A stretch of DNA of 64,000 bases from Octopus bimaculoides (lineage: Eukaryota): contig NC_068993.1 of the NCBI RefSeq assembly GCF_001194135.2, positions 56,147,341-56,211,340 on the forward strand, given 5' to 3'. The notes below the pieces were generated by a model, which was not told the origin of the DNA, did no database searches, and worked only from the letters and a program-made list of their open reading frames with translations. The stretch's first letter is position 1, and each line of letters opens with the position of its first letter. Positions 25,301 through 38,600 of the stretch are shown one piece after another. The translations under genes were made by a program, and so were the position numbers.

Positions 25301-28300
25301 GTGCAGATCATGGTATATGAACATCTCTCTGCTGTAAGCAGTAGTAGCACAGTGAAATTGATCAGTGTTTTATTAACATGTACTGCTGGATACAGCTCCC
25401 CACCCTCCTCTCATTACACAATGTTTAAATGTATTTCAGTTCTTCTTAGTTATTCTGTGTTGTGCACACAAGCGCACACTTACATGTATGTTGTTGTCAT
25501 TGCAGGTGTTAAATGATATTGTAAAATTAGAGCTATTGAGACAAGAAACACCTGAAAATATTGAAAAGGTAAGACATCTTTGATTTCAAGTTCTAATCTC
25601 TGAATACTTTTTGCTTGAATCCCAGTTATCTGTGGGACTGCTGTAAATAGATGACTCATCTATGTACTTTGATCTTAATATGGGGCCACTCAACCACGGA
25701 GGTCCCCTGCAACTGCAGGGGTTGCAGGGGCTTAGCGACGACCCTGCACCCAATAGGGTCCCAGCTATGGGCTAAGCAGCATGTCAAAAAAGGGTTACAA
25801 ACCCCTGGTCTAGTGTAATAAGTGCCGCAAACCCAGAAATTATCAGGATGCAGAATTTGAATGGAGTTATTTTCTCTTAGATGTGCAGCTAAAGAGCTGA
25901 AGGGCCTTGTTTGCCCTAGGTCTATTGGGGAGTGGTGTGAGAGCCCTTCTTCCAGAGGCAAGTCTGACATGCTACTTAGCCCATAGCTGGGACCCTGATG
26001 GGAAACTATAGTTAGTAAGAAGTGGTTCTACACTCCTCAAAAACCTGGAACTCCCAAATCAGATCCCCCACTGCCAAATGCAGTTTAAGGTCATAGCCAG
26101 CCACCTTGTGGCATGCGACTTAAACTGCCTCACTGTGGTATGTACTCACAGCTAGTTGGACTATGACTCACCATGGTACCTAGCTCTGCCTCAATGTCAT
26201 TTTTACGTCAAGCTAGATTATGTCTCACAGTGGTACCTACTTAAGTCATGTTTCTTTTTTATAAGCTCTGTTACTTACCTACATCCAAGTGGACTGATCC
26301 ATTCATCCCTTGGTACCTCATCACCCACCTCCATCCCAACAGCCATTTCTTTGTTAATATCACAGTAAAAAAAATGGGAGATATTAAAAACCACAAGAAA
26401 TATATTCTATTTTGTTAATAAACGTTTACCATTTCTATAGATTTGGATGCAGTTCCACAGTGTCAAAGACTGCGTGTATGGTGTCATAAAGGTAAGATCA
26501 AATCTTTTTACATTCTATGTTCAATTCCCATCTGTGAGTAGATTTGGTAGGCGGACACTCAAGTAGAAGCCTGTTGTGTGTGTGTGTCTTCTTGTTTAGA
26601 CATCATGTGAGTTTCACCACCTTCACCAAACAATCTCCTTCATTTCCTATCTTCCCTGAAAGCATGTCCAGCCAGGGAAGAATATTACGATACCATAGTG
26701 AAGGTTGGCATCAGGAAGGGCATCCAGCCATTGAAAATCTGTCGTTATGAATTTAGCTTGACCTGTACAAGCATAGAAAAGTGTAGGTTAAAGCACACAC
26801 ACACAACATTAGCTGTACAAGAGAATGTGTTGAATTTAACACTTTTACTATGGTATTTAGGAATTAGAAAGAACTGTGACATTGCTCTGCTTTTCTTCAT
26901 CTGTAATATAATAACATCTTTCTGCTTTACTGACTGCTGATGTTTTGTACATTTGTTTAAATTCACAGGAAATGGATTATGATGAAGTTATGAGCAAGGC
27001 TAAACTGTGTCCTTCGGTAAGTCACACTTCACTCTATCTTGCTATTAATAATCAACGTGGTAAACCATGCTCCTAGAATGCTTGTTAAAACGGCAGCAGA
27101 CAAATCTGGCAGGCAACAGTAAAACAACTCATCATCATCATTTAACGTCCGCTTTCCATGCTAGCATGGGTTGGACAATTTGACTGAGGACTGGTGAACC
27201 AGATGGCTACACCAAGCTCCAATCTGATGTGGCAGAGTTTCTACAGCTGGATGCCCTTCCTAATGCCAACCACTCCGAGAGTGTAGTGGGTGCTTTTACA
27301 TGCCACCGGCACAAAGGCCAGTCAGGCGGTACTGGCAACGGCCATGCTCAAAATGGTGTATTTTGCGTGCCACCTGCACAGGAGCCAGTCCAGCAGCACT
27401 GGCAGCGATCTCGCTCGAATGTGTAAGGCTTACAAAGAATAAGTCCTGGGGTCGATTTGCTTGACTAAATGCAGTGCTCCAGCATGGCCACAGTCAAATG
27501 ACTGAAACAAGTAAAAGAGTATTGCCATTTCCTTTCTTCTTCTTACAGTTTGTATATCCACTGCCACGTCAGGATGGCTACGAGTTCTTCTACCAACAAT
27601 TTTCTGGAAGTGAAGTATATTTCACACCTGTGGCCCTCTTTCAGGTAAGATATGTAGACTCTCTGGGATTGTAAGTACACTGTATACAAATATACTACTT
27701 TATAACTGATACCCCACTTTATACCAGTACCACTCTACAAATGTACCTTATCACTATATGTTGCTAGGCACGAGCATGGCTGTGTGGTAAGAAGTTTGGT
27801 TTTGAGTTCTGTCCCACTGCCTGGCACCTTAGGCAAGTGCTTCTACTATAGCTCAGAATCAACCAAAGCTTTGTGAGTGAGTTTGGTAGATGGAAACTGA
27901 TAGAAGCCTGTTATGTATTGACCACAATATCTTGTAGATCAAAAGACAAATGTAGGTGTTTACTCTTCGGCTCAGGGTGGAGTGGTATAATGGTGTTCTG
28001 TGGTATAGAGCAGTGGTAGTGTATGCTAGTGAGTGAAAACATGGATGGTGCACAAATCATTAATTCATAGATGCAGGAACTATTGTGATAATGATAGAGG
28101 TGGTGGTGAGGAGGAGGAGATAGTCTGCTGTTGTACCAGTAGTTGTAGTGTATTGGTGAGAGCATCTTACCAATCAACTGTATTTGCCTTGTTTTAAAGG
28201 TGATCCAAGAATGTTTGCATGTCTATAGCTGTAGCCCTGTACCAGTTATGTGGCTTCTACCGTAATGTAAGGAATACACTTGTCTTATATAGGATCATAA

Positions 28301-29081
28301 ACTGTTCTCTCCTTCATCACATTATTAAAGAACCATCATGACTGTTTCTCTCCTTTCTTTCCTTCGCCAGAAACACAAAGAGAATGCTCCCCCCTGCGTC
28401 ACAATGCAGCATTTTACTGAGCTGAAAAAGGAGAAAGGTAAATATCGTTTTGCTGTTTGTTGTCTAACCCCAACTGGGTCATGATTAAGCACATGTCCCC
28501 ATGTGTCTCTCAAAAAAAAACTATACTCGTCATTTAACATCCATTTTCCATGCTGGCAGGAGTTGAATGGCTTGACAGGGGTCGCACAAGCTTACATAAT
28601 CTGTTTTGGATTGGTTTCTACAATTGGATGCCCTTCCTAATGCCAACCACTTTACAGAGTGTACTGCGTGCTTTTTACATGGCACCATATTTTTTTAAAT
28701 GTTTAAAGACACAAAATTTCTGCTTCGTGAAAACGATCCCTTTTGCATATAAGTGCTTCAACGAATTCTCCGCAATCGTAGAAAAGTCGATGTTAAAACA
28801 ATGATGAGATTAATGATTGTTTCTCTTCTGAAATAAATCTACCTGAGATTGCACCCGATTCTAAGACACAAACATCCTGTTTTAAAGTAATATCAATTAA
28901 AATCTTCCATCAAAACTTCATGTTAATTTGTTCCAAACACTAGCTTGATAATGACCAAAATATTTAACTAAATTGTTTCCTTTATTTTCATAATTAATTG
29001 GTTAATGAAACAAAAGCTGTATATTCCAACAGAAATATGCTAATGCTTACAAAAAAAGTTAAGGCATCCTGCATATATGTG

Positions 29082-29128
<47 letters not shown>

Positions 29129-30738
29129 GTGTGTGTATGTGTTGATCATCATCATAGTTTAACGTCTGCATTCCATGCTGGCATGGGTTGGACAGTTTGA
29201 CTGAGGACTGGAGAGCCAGCGGCTGCACCAGGCTCCAATCTGATCTGGCAGAGTTTCTACAGCTGGATGCCCTTCCTAACGCCAACAACTCTGAGAGTGT
29301 AGTGGGTGCTTTTTACGTGTCACCAGTACTGGGGCCAGTCAGGAGGTACTGGCATCGGCCACGTTTAGATGGTACTTTTTACATGCCACTGGCATGGGAG
29401 CCAGTCAGGGGGCACTGGCCACAGCTACAATATTGGTTTTACTTGACTCAACAGGTCTTCTCAAGCATATCATATCACGCAACACATCAAGAGTACTCTT
29501 AACTGGGTCAGACATATATATGATGGTGATGATTATATCTATGAGAGAGAGAACACAATATATTCATGTTTATATTTTATTTTTTTACCAGGTTTGGTGC
29601 TAATGTCTGGAGATTATGATACTAAAATATTGGTAAGTTGATTAAAATGTTCTAAATACCTACAATATTTCTCCTACCATCTGTGAAGAAAATTCCTTCC
29701 AGCTGAATTGACCACAATACTGCTTAGTCCAGCGTCAGTATCACTGCTCTCCTTGAGTTACTAGTTGACAGTTCTTGTTACTGTGGTGACCAATGATAGT
29801 GACACTATTTTTACCTTGGCAGTTGACCATTACTATGGCAATTAGCGTAGGTGACACTGTCTTTGCTTTCACAGTTGACAGTTATGTCACTACAGCAATT
29901 ACAGTTGGTGACACTAATGCAGTTTGACATGCTTGAGCCAATAATAGAGTAACTCACTTGTCCTTGTCCAACGGACCATCTTCTTTTCCTTTCTTTCTCC
30001 CTCTCATCTCATCTCCATTCTAATAATATTGACCACTGTTTCTTGGACAAAGTGGGGTATGAACTCACAATGAGGATGGTTCCTATAACATGGCTATGTG
30101 GTGAGATATTTGCTTCCCAACCACATGGTTCCAGATTCAGTCCCACTGCATGGTACCTTGGGCAAATGTCTCCTACTATAGTATCAAGCTGACCAAAGTC
30201 TTGTGAGTGGATTTGGTAGACAGAACTGAAAGAAGCCTGTCATATATATACATACATATATATATGTGTGTGTGTGTGTGTGTATACCTTTGTTTGCCCC
30301 CCCCCCCACCTCCACCACTTGACAACCAGTGTTGGTGTGTTTACATCCCCTTAATTTAACAGTTCGGCAAAAGAGACTGACAGAATAAGTACCAGGCATT
30401 AAAAGAAAAAGTACTGGGGTTGATTCGTTTGACTAAAGGCAGTGCTCCAGCTAGGCTGTAGTCAGATGACTCGAAAGTTTCGGCCAGTTAAGCCATCCTC
30501 ACATTGTCCAAACAAATTCTTTATTTCAACATCTTTTCACTCTCTGTTGCAGGACAAAACAAATGCCCTGAACCTGGCTCGACAACTCACCCTGTTCTAT
30601 GGTCGAAATGCTGCCGAAAGGTTCACGCTGGTGAGGATCTTCAACTACATGCCACAGAAGTTTAATTACAATGACTTAATTACAGAATACAAAGGATGTA
30701 AAAAGTTTCTAGAATCATCCATTATAGAGTGCAGCTGA
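22318..30738 (+). CDS. ATPAF1: ATP synthase mitochondrial F1 complex assembly factor 1 (ATP11 family), 9 coding exons, 305 aa
   Basis: Exons are 22318-22544, 23327-23465, 25506-25568, 26441-26491, 26969-27016, 27549-27644, 28371-28437, 29592-29632 and 30553-30738. All introns are GT-AG with compatible phases, totalling 918 nt. Motifs: KNPYYEKYTEKL..ETDPE, LNDIVKLELLRQETPENIEKIWMQFH, CPSFVYPLPRQDGYEFFYQQF, ELKKEKGLVLM, QLTLFY...FNYMPQKF. The N-terminus resembles a transit peptide, and there is an in-frame TAA just upstream of the ATG. Confidence 0.95.
25704..25996. repeat. GC-rich intronic element with a 32-bp inverted repeat and a 10-bp hairpin
   Basis: 25755-25786 is the reverse complement of 25965-25996 with 1 mismatch. 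The hairpin cccctgcaac/gttgcagggg lies at 25704-25730. Confidence 0.7.
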
Positions 30739-32210
30739 GATGAAGGGCAAGGTGCATATATATATATATATATATATAGATCATCATCGTTGGACGATAT
30801 ATATATGAACTGTAATGTCGGGTGGGATCTAAAAATTGCCAGCTTCTAGAAACATCTGAAAATCATTTCATTGTTATAAATTTTTAAAAATAAATTTTAA
30901 AAGAACAAATTAATAAAATGTTTCAAATTCTGTTTATTTACAATTTTATTTAGAAAAAAAAAACAAAATGGAAAGAAATTGTCTGGAATATTATAAAATC
31001 TGGAAATTGTCATCATACCATAAGTTTTTCTGTACCATATAAATATGGGTGCTGCTTTGGCGTGCGATCAACTTAAAGGGCGACTAATTTGGGTTACTTT
31101 TCAATTCTTAAAAACCCTTAAGATGTTCTTACATTTCTAGCAGATGTTCACTCAATTCATCGTTAATTATTCAAATTTTTTTAATCTGTACTTAGCATTG
31201 TAAGTGTATTTTTTCAAAAATTCTTACTATTTTAATAATAATAAAACCACGTTTCATTTGTGTCTTAGTAAATAAGAGACCTAAAATAAGCGTGTAGATT
31301 ACACAAGTTTGGCATTTCCCTTTAAACTGTAGATCACACACCAAAGCAGCACTTAAATATGTTATCTTATGGCTTGTATGTTATGATTTGTTATCTTGTC
31401 CTGCTATATTGTATATGTTCTGTTATACTTGTCTCTATCATCTATGTTATTGTTCGTTATATCTCATCTCCCTGTTTGGATAAATATGTTATTTATTATG
31501 TCTATATCTTTGTGTATCTTACCAATATTTTATCTTATCGGTTATGAATACATATATCCTGTCTATGTTATCTTATAGCTTTGTAACTTGTAAAGAAACT
31601 ATTCCAGTTTGCTGAGTAAACAACACTGGATCAGATGGGTATAAAGAAGGCTGTCACTTGGAAAGATAGCTTCCACATTGAGACACAGTAAGGGGGCGGA
31701 GCTTCCACATCATGACACAAAGGATGGTGAGCAAGAAGCAGGCAGCACGTGGTCCTGGTGACTCAAGTTGAACTGGCTGTCGCATTGAGACAAAATGGAC
31801 TTCTATAGGCTGACAAGCTAAAAGAGGGATGGCATAAAGACTTCCGCATGATGTGTGACATAGTGTCAGATGTGCATGAGAGGGACTGCCACATAACTGA
31901 CACAAGCTGAGGTGGGAAACCCATGGAATCATGTGAACGTGACATCAGTTAATGGAATTTCATGAATGCAAATATACAGAGATGTAACATGAGTAATATC
32001 TTATATTTAACAAAAAGTTAGTTGCTGCTTATGTCAGACATTTTCTAAATGAGAGGAATTTATTGAAAGAACATGTGACATTTTTGTTACTTTAGTAGTT
32101 CTGTTGCCTGAGAAGGTGGTAAGTGTTTCCTATAACATAATGCATGTGTAATCAATAAAATGCTTTGCATGTATAAAACTGCTCTTGTTCATTCTTATTT
32201 TGTGTGTGTG

Positions 32211-32275
<65 letters not shown>

Positions 32276-32296
32276 TGCTCTTGTTCATTCTTATTT

Positions 32297-32375
<79 letters not shown>

Positions 32376-32908
32376 TGCCACTATCAGCCCAGTGACAGAT
32401 TAGAAAGCTTGTTTGAATGTGGATGAAGAAGTATGTTTCTTCTCTCTCTCTCTTGCTTGCTTTTTTCTATATATATATATATATGTATATATATAAATGC
32501 ATACATAGCACATGACAACTGGTGTTGATTTGCTTACATCCTTGTAACTTAGCAGTTTGGCAAAAGACACCAACAGAATAAGTACCAGCTTTAAAAAATA
32601 TCTACTGTGGTTGATTTGTTTGAATAAACACTTCAAGGCTGTGCCCCAGCATGGCCACATTCCAATGACTGAAGCAATAAGAAATAATCCTACAATGAAG
32701 ATTAGATTTATTTTCAAAATGTAAAATTAAAAAAAAAAAGATTAAAATGATTAAAAATTATAAAATAAAATAAAAAACTTTCTCTGAGAATGGCAGACAG
32801 AGACACACGCTTATAAATGGCTGCAATGTACTTTATTCATGTGAATTTGGGCTCCTGGTCAGTTACTGAATGTTGTTCATCAAAGTGTGAAGTGAAAGCT
32901 ATCATCCT

Positions 32909-35144
32909 TTAATTACCATCCATTGCTTTCAAAAAATTGTCGTTTATTATGTAAGGAATAATTTTATGTCTGAAATAAAAAAGATAATTACAGAGATGTA
33001 CTTGCATAGCAAGTGACCTGATCTGAGATCGTGTGCTGAAACAAAAACAATTGCAGCGTGGAAGGTGTTTATAAGCCATTTAAAAACCCACAGAAACTGT
33101 TAGATTCACTTCAACATTTAAATTTAATTTGTCGAAATATTTTCATCACTTTCAAATCGCAACCTGTTCACTGACAAAATGATGCAGCACAATTTTGTCA
33201 GCAAACAGGTCGCGGTCTCAAAGCAACGAAAATATTTTGACAAATTAAATTTAAATGTTGAAATGAAACGTTTTTTTGTATGTTTTTAGATGACTTATAA
33301 ACACCTTCCACACTGCAAAAAAAGATAATGTAGCTATTAAAACAGTTGATATCTCGTGCTTACAATGAAATCTGTTCTAAGATATGGAGTCAAAATTTAG
33401 CACAGATTAACAACAGAGCAAAATCAAAGACCCAGTATTCAGCAATACAATAAGTGTTGAACAGACAATGGCTGTGAGATTAAGAAGCTCACTTCTCAAC
33501 CACATGGTTCCAGGTTCAGTCCCACTGTGTGGCACCTTGGGCAAGTGTCTTCTACTATAGCCACAGGCTGACCAAAGCCTTGCAAGTGGATTTAGTAGAT
33601 AGAAACTGAAAGAAGCCCATCGTATATATGTCTGTCCCCCACTGCTGCTTGACGACCAATGTTGGTTTGTTTACGTCCCCCGTAACTTAGTACCATGCTT
33701 AAAAAAATATAAGTACTGGGGTTGATTCATTTGGCTAAAACTTCAAGGCAATGCCCCAGCATGGCCACAGTCTAATGACTGAAACAAGTAAAAAGTAACT
33801 GTTTCAAATTTTGGCACAAGGCCGGCAATTTGGCAGTGAGGACGGTAATCAGTTAAAGGGACTCCAGTACTTGAGTGGTACTTTATTTTGTTCAACCTGA
33901 AAAGGACAAAAGGCAAAGCTGACCTTGGTAGAATTCGAACCTGGTATAGAGAGATCTGGAAGAAATGCTGCTAAGTATTTTGTATGACACACTAACTAAT
34001 TGTAAAGTAGTAGTAGTAGTAGTATGGTGGTGGGGAGGGCCTGTGTTGTAACAGCACATTGGAACATCCATCTTATGTTAGCGGTTCCCTACTCCTGGCA
34101 GATGGACACCTTTGCACCTCTCAGGCGACAACCCATGGGTCTATTTGGGGGCTCGTTTGTTGTAGGGAGTTTTACAAGGTCAGAGTACAAATTCTCCCTC
34201 AATCCCTTTTAGTCTCCTTTTATGACATGCAGAGGGTCAGGGTCTGCTCTTCGACATGCTGGTCCCCACCACACAGCACAAAATGTAAAATAATCTTTTC
34301 TACTCTAGGCACAAGACCTGAAATTTTGGGGGAGGGGGCCAGTTGATTAGATCAACCCCAGTACGCAACTGGTACTTAATTTATTGACCTCAAAAGGATG
34401 AAAGGTGAAGTCAACCTCGGTGGAATTACAAAATGTAAAATAATGTAATAAATCTGAAATCTTTAAAATTCGCTGTTGCGTTTGCGAAAATAATCCTTAA
34501 CTTACCTGACAGGTATGAGTCCAAATATTAAAACCGGGAAAAACATCTTTAAATAAGGATATGGTACAAAACCAAATACACAGAGAATGACTAATTGGAG
34601 CACTTGCAGCCCTGTGAATAAATGCATCTTCCTTTGCGGAACTTGTCGAATGTAATGGTTTGGTGGATAGGCAGACTGAAAGGAAAACATAAAAAACATG
34701 GTCAATCAATAAGTCTCGAGTTCTCTGTGACATAAGATGCAAGTCCCTCTGGACATTACTGTCTCCATACATACACTACGGGCTCCAGAACTGAAAAGTT
34801 GTCTTACCTGTTCAGTAAATAGAAGACAGAATCGCTCGAACAGTTGGTTATCATAGAGGGACGTCACAGCTACAAAGAGGAAGAGTCCATAAAGCACGGG
34901 GTTGGGTATGTAAGCCAGGTAATTCAGTATCAGTAGAGAGAGTCCAATTAGGATGTGAGAAAATATAGCTGTCAACCGGGTTTCACGTACATTCACAATC
35001 CTGAGGGAGACAAATAGACAAGCATTCAATATTTTGGACTTACAGACAACAAAGAGAGTAACACAAAAGGCATTTAACTTGATTTGTTTGACTAAACCCT
35101 TCAAAGCTGTGCTCCAACATGGCTCCAGACAAATGACTGAAACA

Positions 35145-35187
<43 letters not shown>

Positions 35188-35620
35188 NNNNNNNNNNNNN
35201 NNNNNNNNNNNNNNNNNNNNNNNNNNNNNNNNNNNNNNNNNNNNNNNNNNNNNNNNNNNNNNNNNNNNNNNNNNNNNNNNNNNNNNNNNNNNNNNNNNNN
35301 NNNNNNNNNNNNNNNNNNNNNNNNNNNNNNNNNNNNNNNNNNNNNNNNNNNNNNNNNNNNNNNNNNNNNNNNNNNNNNNNNNNNNNNNNNNNNNNNNNNN
35401 NNNNNNNNNNNNNNNNNNNNNNNNNNNNNNNNNNNNNNNNNNNNNNNNNNNNNNNNNNNNNNNNNNNNNNNNNNNNNNNNNNNNNNNNNNNNNNNNNNNN
35501 NNNNNNNNNNNNNNNNNNNNNNNNNNNNNNNNNNNNNNNNNNNNNNNNNNNNNNNNNNNNNNNNNNNNNNNNNNNNNNNNNNNNNNNNNNNNNNNNNNNN
35601 NNNNNNNNNNNNNNNNNNNN

Positions 35621-35654
<34 letters not shown>

Positions 35655-38600
35655 AAAACTAGCACTTCCTTTCTCCAAGCATAGGTTTGAAACCGAATCT
35701 AAGGATTCTCGCTCGTCTGAGCCACCACTGATCAAACAGGCGCGCATGTCAAAACAGGATAAATCGTCTCCCTTTGACCTACGACCTCAGCCATGTTAGA
35801 CGAAGTTCAAATGGACAGGAGCTGACCTATTTAGACACAATCTCTCCTGCAGTATGTCTGTCTTTCTAGCTGCCACGGCTGTTATAAATACCGTGGTCCA
35901 CAAAGGGACAGGCAGAAAAGACCTGGGACAAAGATAGAGTGCACGAGATAGCCAACCAGTATTTTCTCAGATGAACAAAGCACACACAGACACAAAACAA
36001 TATCCAGTCCTACCACATCATATCACAGATGTATCCTGTTGTTTTTATTCTTCTCAGCTCGTAGCAGTTGACAACAAATACATGTAGTGAAAAATTGAGT
36101 ATACCAACAGCAAATGCAAGTCTCATAAATAAATTATTTAAACTATAAATCGATGTTATTCATTATTTACTTCAAAGGCATCCACATGCCTATCGCATCT
36201 GTTTACCTCAACACATTCTGATACACCTTTTCCACTACACACACACACACACACACACGCATATATATTGGAGAGAGAGAGAGAGTAGAAATATGAGAGT
36301 CTGGTAGGAATTGAACTTATGTTTCCCTGTTCAATTCTTTTAACCAACAATAATTTTAATTTAATATACATTAATGGTTAAATCCAATTCTGCCATTCTC
36401 TCATTCATTTAAATTCACATACACAAATAGATGTGCACATATGTTCAGACACATACACAAGAATACACACACAGGCACACAAAGAGACAGGCAGCAAAAA
36501 CTGACCACTAATTTAAGGAGAAATATCAGATCAAACAACCAAATCTCAAATAAAAGGTCAAAGGTTAGAACCAAAGACAGGATCAAAATGCCAAAGATCA
36601 AGTCAAAGACCAAATACCAAAATAACAAAGTCCAAACAAAAGACCAAAGTACTCAAGACCAGATGAAGGATTAAAAAGGATGTAACTGCCACCAGACCAA
36701 AGATCAAACCAAAGATCAAACCAAAGACTAGATCAAAGACCGGATCAAAGACCGGATCACAGCAGCAAAGAAAAAAAACACAGAACAAAGAATGAAAGAT
36801 CAAACAAAAATAACAAGACTAAAAGTGGGATCATAGATCAGAACAAAGACCCAAGACCAAACAAGAGTAAAGGGCTTAAGATCAGAACCAAAGATTAGAC
36901 CAAAATGCTAAAAATCAGACCAAGGTCCAGAGAAATAATGACCAAATGAAAGACTAGACCAAAGATCAGACCAAATTACCATAGACTAAATATTCAAACA
37001 TTAGACAAAAGATGGAAAAATTAGATCAGTTATTCAAAGATTAGACCAAAGATAAAAACCAAAGACTAGACCAATAACCAAATCAAAGACAAGGAATTAG
37101 ACCCTAGAATTAAATGAAGTTGTTACTTACGTTTGATAGACATGACCCTGATCTACTCTTTCTTCTACGTCTGCCAGGGCCAGGACATGTAGTGGGGAGT
37201 GTGGTAGAGCAGCATGCAACCAGGGGAAGGCAAATAAGGAGAGAACACCATTGATAACACCAACCACAAACAGATCCCAGTGGTAGGCTGTGCCTTTTTT
37301 CATTCTGATGGAGAGAAACAGCAACATATCAGTGATATGATAGAGCAATGGGTCAACTTGTCAGAGATTAGAGGTTATAGCATGGCAAAAGGTCAACATG
37401 TCAATAGGTCAACATATATCAAGAGTCTAACAAGGCAAAAAGTCAACATGTCATTGATAAAAAAGTCAATATTTTCGTGCATGACAGATCAATAGTGTCA
37501 ATATCACATATCATAATATATGACAGACCGATAGTGCTGATATTACAGTGTATGACAGATGAATAAAAATCAGTATTTCAAAAGATGACAAATCAATTAA
37601 AAAAGAATCAAATGTAGTGGGTGCTTTTATGTGCCACAGACATGAGGGCCAGTCAGGCAGTGATGGCAACGGCCACGCACAAAATGGTGTTTATTTACGT
37701 GCCACCTTCACAGGAGCTAGTCCAATGACCTCACTCGAATGTTGTTTTTCACGTGCCACCAGCACAAGTGCCAGTAAGGCAACGCTGGTAACGATCACGC
37801 TCGAATGGTGCTTTTTATGTGTCACACATACATAAATATACACATACATACATATACACACATACATATGCATACAGACATTAAATCGTAGATATATGCT
37901 TACTTGTTTTGAGGTGCATTAACGAGTGCTGCTGATATGTTTTGATCCATGAAGAAGAGAAGAGACAAACAGAATCCAAGCCCCATTCCACCAAATACTG
38001 CCCCAGCATTCAGTTTGGAAAATGGCACCAAATTTATACTTGTATCCATTGTGTCAGGGTCGAAGCTCTCACCAACTAAAATAAAAAAATTGGAGTTCAA
38101 GACATTAAACAGACACCATTAATTAAAAGTAAATGATATTATATTAAAACATGCACACATGGTTTCTATAGTGATGTCAGCTATTACAAGGGAGATAATC
38201 AGTTCTTCAGATGCCAGCATGGAAAACTGAGGTTAAAGGACGATGGTGATGATGATGATTAGAAATTTGAAATTAAGGAATTGCAAGGGAAAAGCTGTAT
38301 CGAATTTACATATTTAATTCCTTCTGTTTTTGTCTCCTTATTTTGAAGTTCGTACAATTTCTAGTTAGCGATAAACATGTATTGCACTGTTTCATTCTTT
38401 ATAGAAGTTGTCAGCATGACACAGCCTGAGATACACTAATTAAATATTATTTGACAATGTGGGGCATTATATTAAATATGAAAATAATCACAATCTTTTA
38501 TCTTCTATTTTTTACTTGTTCAAGTCATTAGACTGCGGTCATACTGGGGCACCACCTTGAAGAATTCGTCGTATTATTTAATCTGATGTGCAACACAAAT

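Noticed and set aside
32085-32130. Alternative SLC4A11 terminal exon (RKHLPPSQATELLK*)
   Set aside because: The exon at 32969-32909 ([20 protein letters not shown]) matches the SLC4A11 C-terminus pattern and has a much better acceptor.
35690-36030. Possible solo LTR or promoter (contains tataaata)
   Set aside because: No TG...CA ends, TSD or second copy could be identified.
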